In this document: one piece after another, positions 25,701 through 39,874 of the stretch
How positions within the stretch are numbered: the first letter of the stretch is position 1
How the letters are laid out: each line of letters starts with the position of its first letter
Assembly: GCF_018350175.1 (NCBI RefSeq)
Contig: NC_058368.1
Location: 117,926,001 to 117,990,000, forward strand
Source of the DNA: Felis catus
Lineage: Eukaryota
Reading direction: 5' to 3'
DNA: 64,000 nt
Made by a program: the position numbers and the translations under genes
Notes under the pieces: model-generated
The model's input: only the letters and a program-made list of their open reading frames with translations
What the model was told of the DNA's origin: nothing
The model's database searches: none

Positions 25701-26944
25701 TTCTCTCTCAATTTTGAAACGGGAGGATTGGGGCCTCCGTCTGGGCTGGGCTCCTCTGGGGTTGGTGATTTATTCATCAGGTGGCTTTGGTACTTAAATT
25801 TCTCTGTAGGAATTTGTTGTAGAGGAAAGTGGAGATACATGGGGACCCGTGGGGCTTGAGTCCCCCTTTGCCCCTCAACCCTTACCCAGAGGTGAACAGT
25901 GACAGTTCTCCAGCTCTGCACCCCCACCCCAAGCCGGGTGCCTGATTGCCAAACAGATAGCATCTGGGCAACAGGAAACAATTAGCTGCCATTGTGTTAT
26001 TTAGACTGGAGACAGAGTGATGTTAGGGACTTGGGGGGAAGATTTGCACATTTATTAGCTTTCTCCTTCCCTTTTTCACACAAATGTACACTAATCCCCT
26101 TGAGCCCTGTGTTGGCTGAGCCAATAGAAAGGTCAAGTTGACTTTCTCCCTCCCTCCCTTCTAGCTTGAATGCTGCTTCACCATTTACTGTTTGGGTGGC
26201 ACTTTGCTTACATTTTGAAAGCCTCAGTTTCCGTCTCTGTAAAATGGCATAAAATATAGCACCTCATAGTTTATTGTGACGTCTGGATGAGTGAATGCAT
26301 TTTTAAGTGTTTGGCACCTGACCTCGCACCTTTATTAAAAGGCCATGCAAATGTAAGCTTTCACTGTTGCTATTGCTGACCTGGCAAACAGCGACTGGTA
26401 ACGTACCGTGTGCCCTGAATTGTGCTGGGTGTTGGATATAGTCCGTGCTTTCCAATGATACGCAGCTAGTGGGAAGAGAGAGCTCGTGAAACAGCCAGCC
26501 GGAACACAGCATGGTAGTAAGTGAAGTGACAAACGAACCATAGTATTAGGACTTAGTATATGCCAGACACTGTTTGAAGGTCAATCACTCATCTTATTTA
26601 ATCTTCAAAGCAGTCTCATGAGGCAGGTACTATTGTTTTTTCCACTTTTTAGATGTGGGAACTAAAGTACGGAGGAATGACGCAACCTGCCCCAGTCCAC
26701 CTATCTGTTGGAGGTGGGATGGGAATCCAGGCAGACTTTACAGGATGCCAGAGGGCTGCCTTGCCAGCCGAGGGCAGGAGAAGCTGCATGGAAGAAAAGA
26801 TGTCCGAGTTGACCTTGAAGGTCCAGTAGGCTAAGCAGGAATGAGCAGGGGTACAGGGAACGGCATGGGGGGTCCTTTCTCCCTGGGGCTGTCCCTTGCC
26901 CAGCTGTGGAAGATTCAGCGTGGAAGATTCAGCTTTCCTTTGTC

Positions 26945-26973
26945 TTTCTCCCTTCCTTCTCTCTTTCCTTTCC

Positions 26974-27053
<80 letters not shown>

Positions 27054-27070
27054 TTCTTTCTTTCTTTCTT

Positions 27071-27103
<33 letters not shown>

Positions 27104-27300
27104 TTTTTCTTTTATTTTGAGAGAGAGAGCGCAAACAGGGGAAGGGCAGAGAGAGAGAGAGAGGGAGAGAGAGAATCCCAAGCAGACTCCCGCTGTCAAC
27201 ACAGAACCCAACGTGGGCTCGAATTCACAAACTGTGAGATCATGACCTGAGCCGAAACCAAGAGTTGGAAGCTTAACCACTTAAGCCACCCAGGTGCCCC
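26945..27300 (-). mobile_element. Can-SINE with expanded (CTTT)n/(CT)n tail
   Basis: ~170-bp pyrimidine microsatellite followed by the reverse SINE body. Confidence 0.9.
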
Positions 27301-27305
27301 ATGTC

Positions 27306-27506
27306 TTTATTTTTTTAATGTTTATTTATTTTTGAGAGAGAGAGGGAGAGCAAGCAGGGAGGGGCAGAGAGAGGAAGAGAGGGGATACCAAGCCGACTCT
27401 GTGCTGGGAGCAGAGAGCCTGATGTGGGGCTTGAGCTCATGAACCATGAGCTCATGACCTGAGCCAAAGTCCAACACTTAACCAACTGAGCCACCCAGGC
27501 ACCCCA
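27306..27506 (-). mobile_element. Can-SINE (tandem)
   Basis: Reverse SINE. The pair is flanked by ttcctttgtcttt (26935-26947, 27509-27521). Confidence 0.9.
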
Positions 27507-27629
27507 ACTTCCTTTGTCTTTAAAATATGAGTCCACTTAGTAGTATGATGTTTGTGAGGACTGAACAAGAGGGTGTGTAGTATGGAAAGTGCCTTCCACA
27601 GTGCCAGGGTGCATTAAGTGTTCAGTAGA

Positions 27630-28215
27630 TTTATTCATTCATTCATTTGTTCATCCAACACATTTTTATTAAGCACCTACCATGAGCCAGGCACTGTCCT
27701 GGACATTAGGAATGTAGTGGTTAAACAGGCAACCTCTTGCCTTCTCATAGAGTTTGTATTTTAGTCGGCAATACAGACAATAAACAAGTAGACAAAAAAA
27801 TGTATATATGGTATTAAAGCAGGTAGTGGTGAAATAGAAAAATAGGATGAGAGGAGGTGAGAGGTTGAAGGGGGGACTTTTCTAGACAGGGAGGTAAGAT
27901 AAGGCCTTTCTAAGGAGGTGATAATTAAGCAAAATCCTGAATGAAGTAAGGGACTGAGCCATGCAAATATCTGGGCAAAGAGCTTTCTCCACCAGGGAAC
28001 CAACAAATGCAAAGGCCCTGAGACATAACATCCTTGGGCAGATGGAGGAACTTCAAGGAAGACCACATGGGAAGGAAGGAAGGAAGTAAAAGGAAGGGGC
28101 ATCAGAAGAGATGCAGGGACAGATCACAGGGAGCCTTATCGGCCTTAGATACTGTTTGGAATGAAATGAGAAGCCAGTAGGGAGGGCTTGAGCAGAGGGA
28201 TGGCTTGTGGTTTTG
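27630..28215 (-). mobile_element. LINE-2 3' fragment
   Basis: ttcattcattcatt...tttattaagcacctac..gccaggcactgt...gcaaaggccctgag. Confidence 0.7.
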
Positions 28216-31200
28216 TGCTAGAAGTTAGGTACGGCCCACGCCTTCCAGTGACACCCAGTCTAGTGGGAAGAAATGACTCTTGAAAAACTTGTCACTGCAC
28301 AGCATGCTAAGTGAAATGACAAATTGTCATAATGAGACTCACTATGGGCCAGGCACCCGTATCTTATTTATCTTCACAATAGTCTCAAGAGGTAAGTATT
28401 ATTACTTTTGCTGTTGATTAGAGGCAGCACAAAGGAGTGAAACAACCTGCCCAAGACCACCCCCCTCCCCCCAGGGGCTCCGTGCTCTCAGTAAGCTAAC
28501 CACAGGGGCCATAAGAGACAGCAGAGAGCAGGTGCGGTCATCCAGAGGAGACAGAAAGGATGTCGGGTGGCTTGGATGGAGGTGGTAGTGGTGGCAGTAG
28601 ATCAGATCCCCCATGTATTTGACTGTAAACCAATAATGATTTGCTGCTGTATCAGGTGTGGGGTGGGAAATAAAGAGAGAAGCCAACAATGAGCCCGAGA
28701 TTTGGGGCCTGAGCTACTGGGTAAATTCTGTATTTACTGAGATAGGAGAAAGTTGTAAGAAGGGCAGTTTAGGAGAGAAAGTCACGACGTGGGCTGGTTT
28801 AAAACATGGAAAAACCTGTGTTTACTGAACGGATGAAATGGCCACCCCGTCCCATGCTCTTATTGTAGTTGAGGGGCATCTCTAGTTAAAATGGTTAAAA
28901 AATGCTTCTCGGTCAAGTACTTCCTGTCCTCCCACCCAGCTCCACCCCAGGGGTCCAGAGAGAGGCCATCCCTGTGTGACCTTCTCACATTGTTTTTTAC
29001 ACCTTTAACTTTGTTTTGGCAGCTTTGACCTGAAGAGAGCTGTTTCACCTCAACTTGTACTGGGGTCAAGGGGAGGCATCCTGCCTTGAACTCTCTCCCT
29101 GGCCTCCCCCACCCTCCCATCCCCCCACCTCCGGCCCCTAACCCAGAAACATTGTTTTGAATGTAGCTTCTAGTCCCCCTGGCCCAGGAAAGGTGGAGGT
29201 GGGTTGGGGGCCTGCGCTGGGAAGTGTGAAGTCTCTCCCCAGCCAGAGGAAACCCTGGTGATTCATTGAACTGAGGTACTCTCAAGGAAGGAAAATAGCA
29301 CACAGCGGGGAGATCTTTATCTGAAACATTTGTCTGCCGCCCCCTGCCCCCCATAGAGGGCTTCCCTGGGGGCTCACAGCCACTTCCTGCTCTTGCGCAA
29401 GGGGAGGGGGGCGACTGAGTACTGAAAAACTGCCAACAGAATTCATCTCAGCCATGTTTTATCTGGGCAGTTCTTGCAGATTTTTCTTTGACTTTGTTTT
29501 ATGGGGTGTGTGTTTGTGTGTGTGTTGTAAGGACCAGGTTCTGGGAGGGCCTGTTAGGGAAGACCCTTCCTTTATCCCATGGCTCACACCTCCCATTTCT
29601 CGCTGGGGTTTCAGCTCAAACATCACTCATCCTCAGAGAGGCCTTCCCTGACCACTATGTGGGTCATTCTCCACCAGGTCACCTTAGTTCTTTTCCCTGT
29701 AGCTCTGGTAACTCACTAAAATAATGGAGAGTCAGTGACCTTCCACCAGGAGAGAAAACTGCTTTGTCCCTCCTTTGCCCTCAGGACTTCCCAGTCACCC
29801 CAGACCTCACCTCCTCATGTCTGTCTCAGGATCTGGGCTCCATTTGTCTTTCCCCTTGTCCAGATCTCAGTGATTCTCTCTCTTTCTAACTGTCCTTTGT
29901 TTCTCTATTTCTGTCTTCCTCTCTCTTTCTTCTTCCTTGTCTCCCTGTCATCCTCTCTTTCCTTGTTCAGACTTTGCACATTTACTGAGTTCTTTTTTCG
30001 TGGTAACTGCTGTATGTATGCACTCTCACTGACCCCTGACAGGAGTCTGTGTGAGATAGGTCATTATGGTCCCGTTTTTCAAATGGGGAAATGGAGGCTC
30101 AGGAAGACCTTGGACTGGTCTGTTCACATAACCAGTGTATGGTCCAGCTGGGATTTGAATCCAGGTCTTCTGATGATCATGTTCTCTGTAAGGCCACAGT
30201 CCTAACAGAAAACAAATGCTGTCTGTCTTCTGAGGACGTGGTGATCTCCGGTCCACCGTTCCAACACGTGGAGATGAGGCTGGGAAGGCCAAGAAGGTGT
30301 GTGGATGGGTGGGCTTGTGAGGTCACACCTTGCAGTCACCCTTCATGCAACTCTGCCTCTCAGAGAAATGGGGAGCCCCTTTGGTCTCCATCCAGGTCCT
30401 GCCTGCAGGCTTGTTTCATTTAGTTGTAATCCCGAGGCCAGAAAAACTTGGGAAAGTTAGAGCTGGAAGGAGAGAAACAGCTACAAACCTGTGTCTGCCA
30501 GTTCATCTGTGACAGTTACGTGTGGAAGTCTGACTCCAGCAGATCCTTTTATGGAAAGAAGTGTCAAGAAGGACAGGAATACAACCCTCTTTTTACCCTA
30601 CCAGAAGCACGAGCTCTCCACACTTCAACACGGGGTTAAAAGGTGACGCTGAGTCGGCCTAAACCACCATCTCTCCCAAGGCAGCGTTTTCAAGACAAGT
30701 TTGGGGCAGCTTTGGAAGTCGCTTCTCCCCAGCTCGCCTCACCTGGCAGGGAGAAGTTATTGTTGGAGAGCAGGTGGGAAGCATTCACCTGCTGCTCTGC
30801 CCGCCTCGCCCCGAGTGGGCTGGTGAGCTTTCTTGACAAGGCTGGCTTATTCACACCACTGAAGCCAGGAGAGGCAGGATGGAGACAGATTCTAACAAAC
30901 GAGTTATTTATATCTACATCCCAGACCTCACAAGGAAAATTCCCATACTTAGACATTCCTAGATGGCCTGCGACACAGGATATTTAAAGTAACAATGGGC
31001 CAAATTCTTGCTCACATTTTTGGCAGTGATCCAGTCTGAAAGTCCACAAGAGAAAGACTTGTCGGGCTGTGTAGCTTCAGCAGAGGGGGGGTGGGAAGAC
31101 TGTTTCTAATTCGGGATTTATTTAAGATCTGACTTCCCCCTTCCTTCCTGGAATTACAAGGAAAACATGATTTTGATTTTAGAGACAACATTCTATGTAA

Positions 31201-31452
31201 TCTCCTTTGGAAGATTTTAGGAGTTGTGGTTCTCCCCACCTTGAAAACGCGGGATGTTAAATCAACTAATAGGGTACACTATGAAAAACTATAGCACTCC
31301 TCCTACATTTATTATTTTTCACCTGAGGGTGGATTTAGCTACTACCCATGGGCGGTCTAGTAGCCAAACTCTCTGAATGCTGCAGGTGACTGTATAGAGC
31401 TGGACACAGGCCTCTACTAAAGTCACTGGCTCATTTAAGACTTGACGTGATA

Positions 31453-31570
31453 GGGGCGCCTGGCTGGCTCAGATGGTAGAGCATGTGACTCTTGATCTCA
31501 GGGTTGTGGGTTCGAGCCCCACACTGGGAGTGGAGATTATGTAAGAAAAAAACACCTTAAAAAAAAAAAA
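31453..31570 (+). mobile_element. Short old Can-SINE (tRNA-like head only)
   Basis: ggggcgcctggctggctcag..ggtagagcatgtgactcttgatctcagggttgtgggttcgagcccca, A tail, degenerate TSD aagac(t/a)tgac(g/a)tg. Confidence 0.8.
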
Positions 31571-32344
31571 GACATGACATGGTAGCATTAGTTCCAAGGA
31601 ATATCTCAGAAAGGATTGAAAACGGTGACTTTCTTGTACTTACCCAGTTGTTAAGAGGATTTATGGTGAGGATGACTTAAGGCCCCTCCCAAACCCAGGA
31701 TATTTCTAAATACCAGTCTTCTAAAGAAGTAGGCAATATTGCATCTCTGTTGGCTAGGATGCCTTTGACTACAAGTCATGAAAATTACCCAGCTCACACT
31801 GGCTTGAATTATAAGAAAGGTGTGTTCATTCATATGCACCTAGTCTGCAGGTATAATGACTGCAGGATCAGCTATTTAGGCAGCCCAGCAATGTCACAAG
31901 GGTTATAGGTTCCTTCCATTTTCTCTCTCCCATCCAGCCTCTGGCCCTTAACCTCAGACCAGCTCCCTTCATGGCACTAAGATTGCAGTTCTAGTGTCAC
32001 AAAGACACTACGGTGTGTTCCTTTCTTCCTTGTGTCTCCTTTTATGAATGAAGAAACTTCCCAGATACCCCCTTAAATCCCATTGGTTGTCTCAGTACCA
32101 CATGTCCTTGCGGATGCAGTCACTGGCAAGGGAACTGGGGCCAACATGATTTGATTACACTCCTCAGGGGTTATCTATGAATAAAATTACTTTTCCCTTA
32201 ATTACATAGCAAGAGGATTATATCTGAAAGAAACTTGGGGCAGGTTAGGCAGGGTCTTGTAGACTTTGGTAAGGAGTTGGGACTTTTGTTCTAGTTCAAT
32301 GGGAAGAAACTGAAGATTTTTAAAAATTATTTATTTAAAAAAAC

Positions 32345-32535
32345 CTTTTTATTTTTTTTAATGTTTATTGTCGGGGGGCGGGGAGGGGCAGAGAGAGAGA
32401 CACACAGAATCTGAAGCAGGCTCCAGGCTCTGAGCTGTCAGCAGAGTCTGACATGGGGGTAGAACTCACAAAAAGCAAGGTCATGATGTGAGTCGAAGTC
32501 GGACGTTTAACCAACTGAGTCACCCATGCACCCCC
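32345..32535 (-). mobile_element. Can-SINE
   Basis: Reverse SINE structure. Confidence 0.85.
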
Positions 32536-32539
32536 AAAA

Positions 32540-33090
32540 CATTTTTATTTTGAAATAATTTTATTTCAAATACAGTTAATTCCCTGTGCTGTTCACCTAG
32601 CTTCCCCTAATGTTAACATCTTTGATAACCATAGTATATTGATCAGAACTGGGAAATTAACACTGGGAGATTACACCACTATACAGATTTTATTCAGATT
32701 TTGTCATTTTCCACCAAGTTGTATTTAGTTGTCATGTGTCTTCAGTCTTCCCTAGTATGTGACAATTTCTCCGTGTTGATGGTTCATTGCCTTGACACTT
32801 TGGGAGAGTTCTAGTCAGGTATTTTAAAGAGTGTCTCTCAATTTGGGTTTGTCTGCTGTTTTCTCGTGATTCTACTAAGGCTGTGAATTTGGGGGAAGCA
32901 TACGAGAGGTGATGTGCCCTTCTTGTCATATTATTTCAGGGAGTATATGACATCAGTGTGACTTATTACTTGTGATGTTTAATGATCACTTGGTCAGGGT
33001 AGCATCTGCCAGATTTCTCCACTGTGAAGTTACTGTTGTTACTTTTCTGTGCTCTGTTCTTTGGAAGCAAGTCACTAAATCCAGTCCACA
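32540..33090 (-). mobile_element. Old L1M 3'UTR fragment
   Basis: cttcccctaatgttaacatc...aaccatagta...aaattaacactgg...tctgccagatttctccactgt. Confidence 0.6.
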
Positions 33091-33290
33091 CTCGAGGGGA
33101 TGGAGAAACTAGAGGGTTTTAAGAAGGGCAGTGACAAGAAGGGATTGGGTAAATAAATGATGGTCGGTGTGGAATACACTGCTCTAAGCAGTCCAGACCT
33201 GGAGCTGATGGTCCAGTGAAAACCGTGCATCTTAAAGACAGTAAGTAGCCTTTCTTGTGCCCTCCTGTTTATTGTCGTGGTCACCTTTTT

Positions 33291-33492
33291 AAAAAAATTT
33301 TTTTAATGTTTATTTCTGAGACAGAGACAGAGCATGAGTGGGGGAGGGGCAGAGAGAGAGGGAGACACAGAATCAGAAGCAGGCTCCAGGCTGTCAGCAC
33401 AGAGCCCGACACGGGGCTCGAACTCACAGACCGCGAGATCATGACCTGAGCCGAAGCCGGACCCTCACCCGACTGAGCCACCCAGCTGCCCT
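33291..33492 (-). mobile_element. Can-SINE
   Basis: Reverse SINE structure. Confidence 0.9.
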
Positions 33493-33661
33493 GAGTCATG
33501 GTTATCCTTAAGGAGAATGTCATATGATCTAGGAGCTTGTCCCAACACAGCAATGTACCACCTGGCAGGTCTTCTGGGGAGGGCAGAATTTCCTTTCCCC
33601 CACATTACCAGCTCCAACAGGCTGCCCTGTGTGCGGCCCCACCCCTTGCAACCTCCCCCTC

Positions 33662-33663
<2 letters not shown>

Positions 33664-33702
<39 letters not shown>
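33664..33702. repeat. (CA)n microsatellite
   Basis: Direct observation. Confidence 0.95.
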
Positions 33703-33704
<2 letters not shown>

Positions 33705-36700
33705 AACAGGCTGACAGGGCTCCTGTTTTTGACCCCTAGCTTTCTTGGGAGGGCAAGCAGAGGGTGTGTCTCTTGTGGTCCAGGTGAGGTTTGTGGCTGG
33801 GTGTGTAGAACAGAGCTCTCAAAAGAAGAGGTGGAAACAAGAGTGGTAAGGCTATAAAATGAAATGCCATGCAACACCACCTGTTAAAAAGGAGAAGGTG
33901 GAACTGTAGAGATAGGGAAGGAAGTCCATGTGTGTGGTGTGGAATGGTGTTCTGAGAGTGATCCCGTATACGGTTTGAAGATGGAAGTACAATGTCTGCA
34001 CATTATTTGTTAAATAAATGAATGGTCTACTCCAGAATGTCAAACTGAAACTGGGAATATGATGGGGAGTTCTATTTTTTTCTGTTGCTTTCCATTTTGC
34101 AAGTCATGTTATTTTTAAAAAAACCTATTTGACTCTTTAAAATATTTTTCAAAAATTAGGTACCACCTTGATTCTTTTTCCCAAAGCTGATCAGTAATAA
34201 TTTTTCTTATACTTGCCTGGTCTAAGCAGTGAATGTTCAGTCTAAGAACTGACCATTAACAAACACTTCTGGTAACTGTATTTGTTCTAGAAGGGCCAGA
34301 AGAACCAAATGGCATTAGTTCCTAAACTGGCTTCCTCTTTTTCTCTTTGGGGATATTCTGTCACAGGCAAGTGGTGAAGGGAGCTCGGAGCTGGGAGTTT
34401 GCCAGATTCACTTTTGCAAACTGCTGGCCCCAGGTGCCTTCACAGTCCATGAGTGATTCTACAGCCTGCAGGCAGGGCTTCCTCCTATGCAGCTAGGGCT
34501 CAGGCCTCCTCCGTCACGTCAACCGTCCCCAGTTGGTAGCCCAGACACCCTGCTGATGCCTCTTCCCAGTGTCCACTGGGTGGGCACGTGAGTAGGAAAG
34601 CTGGGGCTCAGGAGTCAGGCCTGTGTGACCTTGGGCACATGACATCATGGCACATGGCATCTAGAGCCTCAGTGTCTTCATCTGTAAAATGGGGGAAGAT
34701 ACAAGTACTAGTACAGAATGAGTACTGAAGTAAAAAATGGATAAAAAGCAGTTGATTGGCATGGTGGTAGGCATGTGATAAACACTCAAGTGTCAGCTGT
34801 ATAAGATGGAGGCTGGTCTTGTTATTCGTATCATTATGATTATATAGTGGAAATGCTGTGTCCTCTCATGTGGCTAGCTTTGGGACAGAAATAAAGTCTG
34901 AGGCCACGTGTTCACTTGTTTTTTACTCTCCTTTCAGTATGTCATTATTTGATTACTACATTTGACAAATATTTATTGACTGCCCCTCATATGCCAGTTG
35001 CTTTGCTGGAAGCTTTCCAGTGGATGTGGGGTATATTGAATACTGATCCCCTAGATGTTTGGGGCAGTGGGTGTACCTTGGGGAGGACAGAGAGAACCTG
35101 TGGACTCTCGTGCTGCTGCCCATCACTGACAAGAGACCTTGTTGGTTTACCTGAGTGGCCAGTTTCTCTGGGTGCTGTGACAAAGGCCAGGCGGCACTGA
35201 TATCACGAACCAAAGAGGCCAAGTTTCACACTGTCACAGAACCCATCCTCTAGTGGGGACAAGACATGCTGTGAGCAAGTAAACAGGTCATCAAATCGCT
35301 GCGTATCGCAGAAGTGGCAGGAAGAACCAAGTAAAGATTGGAGAAAGAGAGTTGGGGTGAGATTGCAGGGGGTGATTACTGACAATATCATTACAGTTGA
35401 GGTCACTTTTGGGGGAATTTTTGAAGGAGACACTATAGATGGGCGGATAAATGCTTAAAAATCACGAACTGTTTTCCTAGAAAGAAAACCTGGCTCCTGT
35501 TCTTCACAGCTAACCCGTTGTGTGACCTAGGACAAGCCACTCTCAGGATCTTCCATCCCTATCCATAAAACGGAGGTGGGTGGATTGGACTAAGGATTCC
35601 TAACATTTTGGACTAGTCACATGCCCCTCTGAGACTGGAAAGCACAAACATACAGAAATTTATCTAACAATGTCAAAGGGTTCCCTTAACCACCCACTCC
35701 CAAATTCTGGGCTACGGACCTCCATGACCTTGGATGTCTTTTCTGGGATTAGGACTCTGGTACCTGTAACTGAGTGATATGCCTGCAGGGTGGGCAGCCT
35801 TAGGAAGCCTCTAGATGGGATTTGGGACGTCGAACATGGTTTGAGTTAGAGTGCCCAAGAGCGCCAGCCAGACTTGATAGCAGCCAGCATTGGGGGTGGA
35901 GAGCTGGGCAGGTAATCTAAAAAGAGAAGCACGCTGGACTAAGAGACATCATGGGACAAACATGACCCATGCCGGCGGGGACCCTGCCCAGTTTGCAAAA
36001 GGCACTTGCCTTTCAGCTCCGGCCAGTTGTCACCATGGGGAATGAGGGCTCAGAGGCACCAGCTATTTTTATTTTTTCAAGAGAAGCTTTATATCTGGGT
36101 TTGGGAACATCTTATTTTTCAAATGACGATAACCAACAGTTTTCAGAAACACTGTGGACCAGCAGTTAGTGACTTCCTGCCTCCACAGTCCAGGCTGTAG
36201 GCTTAACATGGAGAAACTGAGGCTCAGAAGAGAGCCAAATTCCTCTTTTCCCTGCTGTCCCACGTGAGCCCCATTTTGATCTCTGATAGTAGAAACAGCA
36301 TTTATCAGTGTTGTGCACAGCCACTATCTCATCCTTCAGCTGTTACTACAAGGGCAAGGATTCTCCCGGGGTTACACTAGTGAAGATGACAGGGCAGGGA
36401 CCTGAGCAGTAGAGACCATAAGGCTCAGTGCTCTTTTTACCACATTGCCCTGAGAGGAGTGGCCTCAAGGCTTGTGCCCACTCTGGGAACTAGCTCTGCC
36501 TGGATGGACACTAGTTGTCTAACTGGATTAGATCCAGCACCTCCAAGAGCCTTAGTCCAGGGCTGGCTGGAGCATTGCCTGGAAACAGTCCAACAGTAGC
36601 CTGAGGGATTGGGAGGTGCACTGCTTCTAACACGGGCCACCCCTTACCTTTGTCACTCTCACCTCCACCCTGACCACTTTGGCTCTCTGGTCTGTGCCCC

Positions 36701-39700
36701 ATCCATCTACTCCAGCATTGGCACAAAGAAGAACGTGCCTTGGCCCCTGGACATGCAGAGGAGCGGTCTCTGCCCTTCACCCTGTGTGCGTATCCCTCCC
36801 CATGCAGGTGCACCGCCCCATCCACCCAGGCCACACTTGTGAATTATATGTGGCAGCTTACAGCCTCCTCTCTCCCCTGTTGGGTTCTCGTCCCTGGCTA
36901 CCACAGCCCAAATAATTCCATAGTCTGAGGATGCACCTCCTCTCTTGATGGCAGAGGAAATCAGGCAGGCTGGCCAGGAGCAGTGTCAGGAGGGTTCTTG
37001 TAACGTCATGTGGTAAGATCAGTTTGAAGATGTGGCCTCAATATTTTATATGGGGTGTTGTGGTGCGGTGCTTAGACCTGGACTCAAATCTCTTCTCAAT
37101 TAGTCTGTGTAACCTTGGTTAAAGATCACATACTCTGCCAACGGGTACAGAAGCACAAGTGGAAGGAGACCTTTCTGGGAACATAGGAAAGTGTCTCAGG
37201 GGAGGTAGTATTTGGGTTGGGTTTGGAAGTTTGAATAAGACCTCAGCCTGCAGAGGCATGCCCACCACTTACCAGCTGTGTAGCCTTGGGCAGATGACTT
37301 AACCTCTCTGAACCTCAGTTTTCTCAACTATAAAATGAGACTGATTATATCATACTAACTTGATTATTTTCAAGATTGCAGAGGACAATGCAGCATCTTT
37401 GCTTAGAAGCAGTAGCTTTTGTAATGTCATAAGGCCACTTGACTTATCACCCTGTGCAGGCTTCCCAGAAGACTGTAGGTGTTCCAAGTACTGATCTCGT
37501 TTAGAGTGTCATCTGGAACTCCGTTATCTTGCTTTGTAGACGCTGAATGTTTTTTGTGGAGACTGACACCACTCCCCTCACCAAGCCAAGGGAGAGGAGT
37601 CAGTCAGAAGTTTACCTGAGTCCCTTCAGGTACAGGAAAGAAAGGGGCCAGACCCAAGGGAGAAGGTGGAGAGGAAGAGAACAGGGAGGGTTCCAAATCT
37701 TGCAACAGTTAAATGTTAATGTAGGTGTCGGCATAGGAAGTGTCTTCTAATGACAGAAGGAAACGAGGGAGTTTGTCAATCATCTCCTGCTTAACAGATA
37801 CAGATGTATTCATAATTATCCCTTGCCTCAGGCCTTGAGGCCCAGGTGGGCTCCAGAAGGGCCTGTGTTCCTGCCAGACAAGAGTCCTTAAGGAATATCA
37901 TGTAGACAATTGGAATGCCATTTATCGCACAAAACACAATAAAACCCTGAGCTCTCTTCCTGTCTCAGAGACCCATAAATTATGAAAATTATACCTGCCC
38001 CAGGCCATGGACATATTGTTTTATTAAAGTTCCGATGAATAAACTTCAGGCTCTTAAAAATGTCCTCTCGGCTTTCATCTGGCACACACCTCCAGCGTGG
38101 AGCTGTCTGCCGGGGTGCATTTGATTACCTCACAAATGTACTTTGGAAAGTGGAACTCATTTCAAGGTGCAGGTTCAGCAGGCTGGAAGGGCCAGCTGGG
38201 GAGCGGTGGGTGCAGCTTGGGGCTGCCTGACCAGACTAAAGAGTTGCCAGAAGTGGGGGTGGGGGGGGGTTGTTTTTTTTTTTGCCCCTAGAGCAGGGAT
38301 ACCCACCCTCCCCATCTCTTGGTGGAATGGGCACCAGGCTTGTGGTGCCCTCTTAGGGGTATGCGGTTATCGGCGTGGAGGGTAGAAATTCTGCTTCTTC
38401 CCCCTTATTTTAAAATTCAGTCACCAGGGTCTATCTAGTCTATTGTCTGCTTCTGACCCAAATTGTGCTGCTAAACCCTCAACTCCCCGTTTTCCTCATC
38501 TACCCCCAAACGGGTGTTGGGCATGTGACCACATGTCGAACCTCAGTTTCTGCACCTCTAAGAGGGAACTAACAATGGTGTCTGCCATGTATTGTTCAAT
38601 TTCTGGCAAAAAGAAACCATTCAGCAAATGCTAACCATTATTACCCAAAGCCATCTCATAAGCAGTCAGGAAGGGAAAGACAAGGGAGGCAAATGTGGAG
38701 TTTTTTCTCTGGACAGGAGTTTTTAAAATACAAGTGCTTGTTCATTCAAACAATATTTGGATTGGGGAGATGCTAAGCACCCAACACCCTGTGTAGATTT
38801 TTATTTTTAATCCCCAAACATTAGAAAACAACATAAAACCAGGGGCAGGCCAAGTGTCGGGAAATCCAAGGCTGAACCAAAGCCTGGTATACAGCATTCG
38901 GGATTGAGGTGATTAAAGAGAAAAGCATCTGCAGCGGGACACTTACCTGGCCAGCACAGGAAGATTTTAGAGCACAAATTATTCTTCGCCCATCATCTGG
39001 GAACGGGGAGGCTACATGGTCTCATCAGGGAGACTGGTGCCTACCTTTTATTAAAGTTCTAGAGCAGACAGGACCGCAGTGACTACAAACATCCTTTGTG
39101 CTCTTAGGCACTAACCAGGGGGTCCTTGGAATGGGTTTGGATATCTTAAAGAGGAACCTGAGGCTTGAACAAAGAATTGGAAGATGCCTGTAACTGATGA
39201 CCTCAGAGAAAACAAGATCTGGACCCAGGGTTCTCATCCTCTGTCCATCCCTCTTGTCTTTGTGTGCTTCATGGCAACAGCAAAAAAACCAATAATCATT
39301 CAATTCCTTGTCTTTCAGTAAATAGGCATGTATTCACATGTTCACAATAAAAAAGTTCCCCCAGGTCCATAAACTGAGAAGTGACCTGGTCTCTACCAAG
39401 TTTTGAGGGGGTGGGGCAGAGGAAACAGGTGGCAGGTACATCAGAAGGGCAAAGCCAAAGCATTCAATGGATGGAAGCCTTCAGAAGCCAAAGGAACTTT
39501 TATATAATATCCACCACTCTGGTGGTCATAAGAAAACTACCAAGCGCTTTCCAAAAGGAAAGTTACAGAATTTTTGTGAACTGGGCAGGTCAGATGACCC
39601 TTTCCCACTTCCACTGCCTCTGTTTGAGTTTTGTCATCTGTGGGTTACAAATACACGCCTGCGTAGGGGAGGATTTAGCAGCACCTGGCAGAAGTCAGCT

Positions 39701-39874
39701 TCACAAGGAAGTGAACAAGGGACATTCTGGCACAAGGAGCCCCCTCCCTCTGCCCCTTCGTCTTGCCAGAGCTGGGGTACGCGCTTCCACTTGGTGTTTT
39801 TGACAAGCTTGGGGTCTTGCTGGGTGAGGAGGTCGGGGGTGTGAACACACAAACACATGAGAAACGGCAGTCCT

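Noticed and set aside
26649..27280. Charged or hydrophobic ORFs (KERK/FLSF)
   Set aside because: Translations of a microsatellite/SINE.
31453..31530. tRNA-like sequences with A/B boxes (also 61485, 61618, 17208)
   Set aside because: tRNA-derived SINE heads with A tails and TSDs, not tRNA genes.
32549..32570. 10-bp perfect inverted repeat TTTGAAATAA-tt-TTATTTCAAA
   Set aside because: AT-rich tail of an old L1, short enough to be chance.
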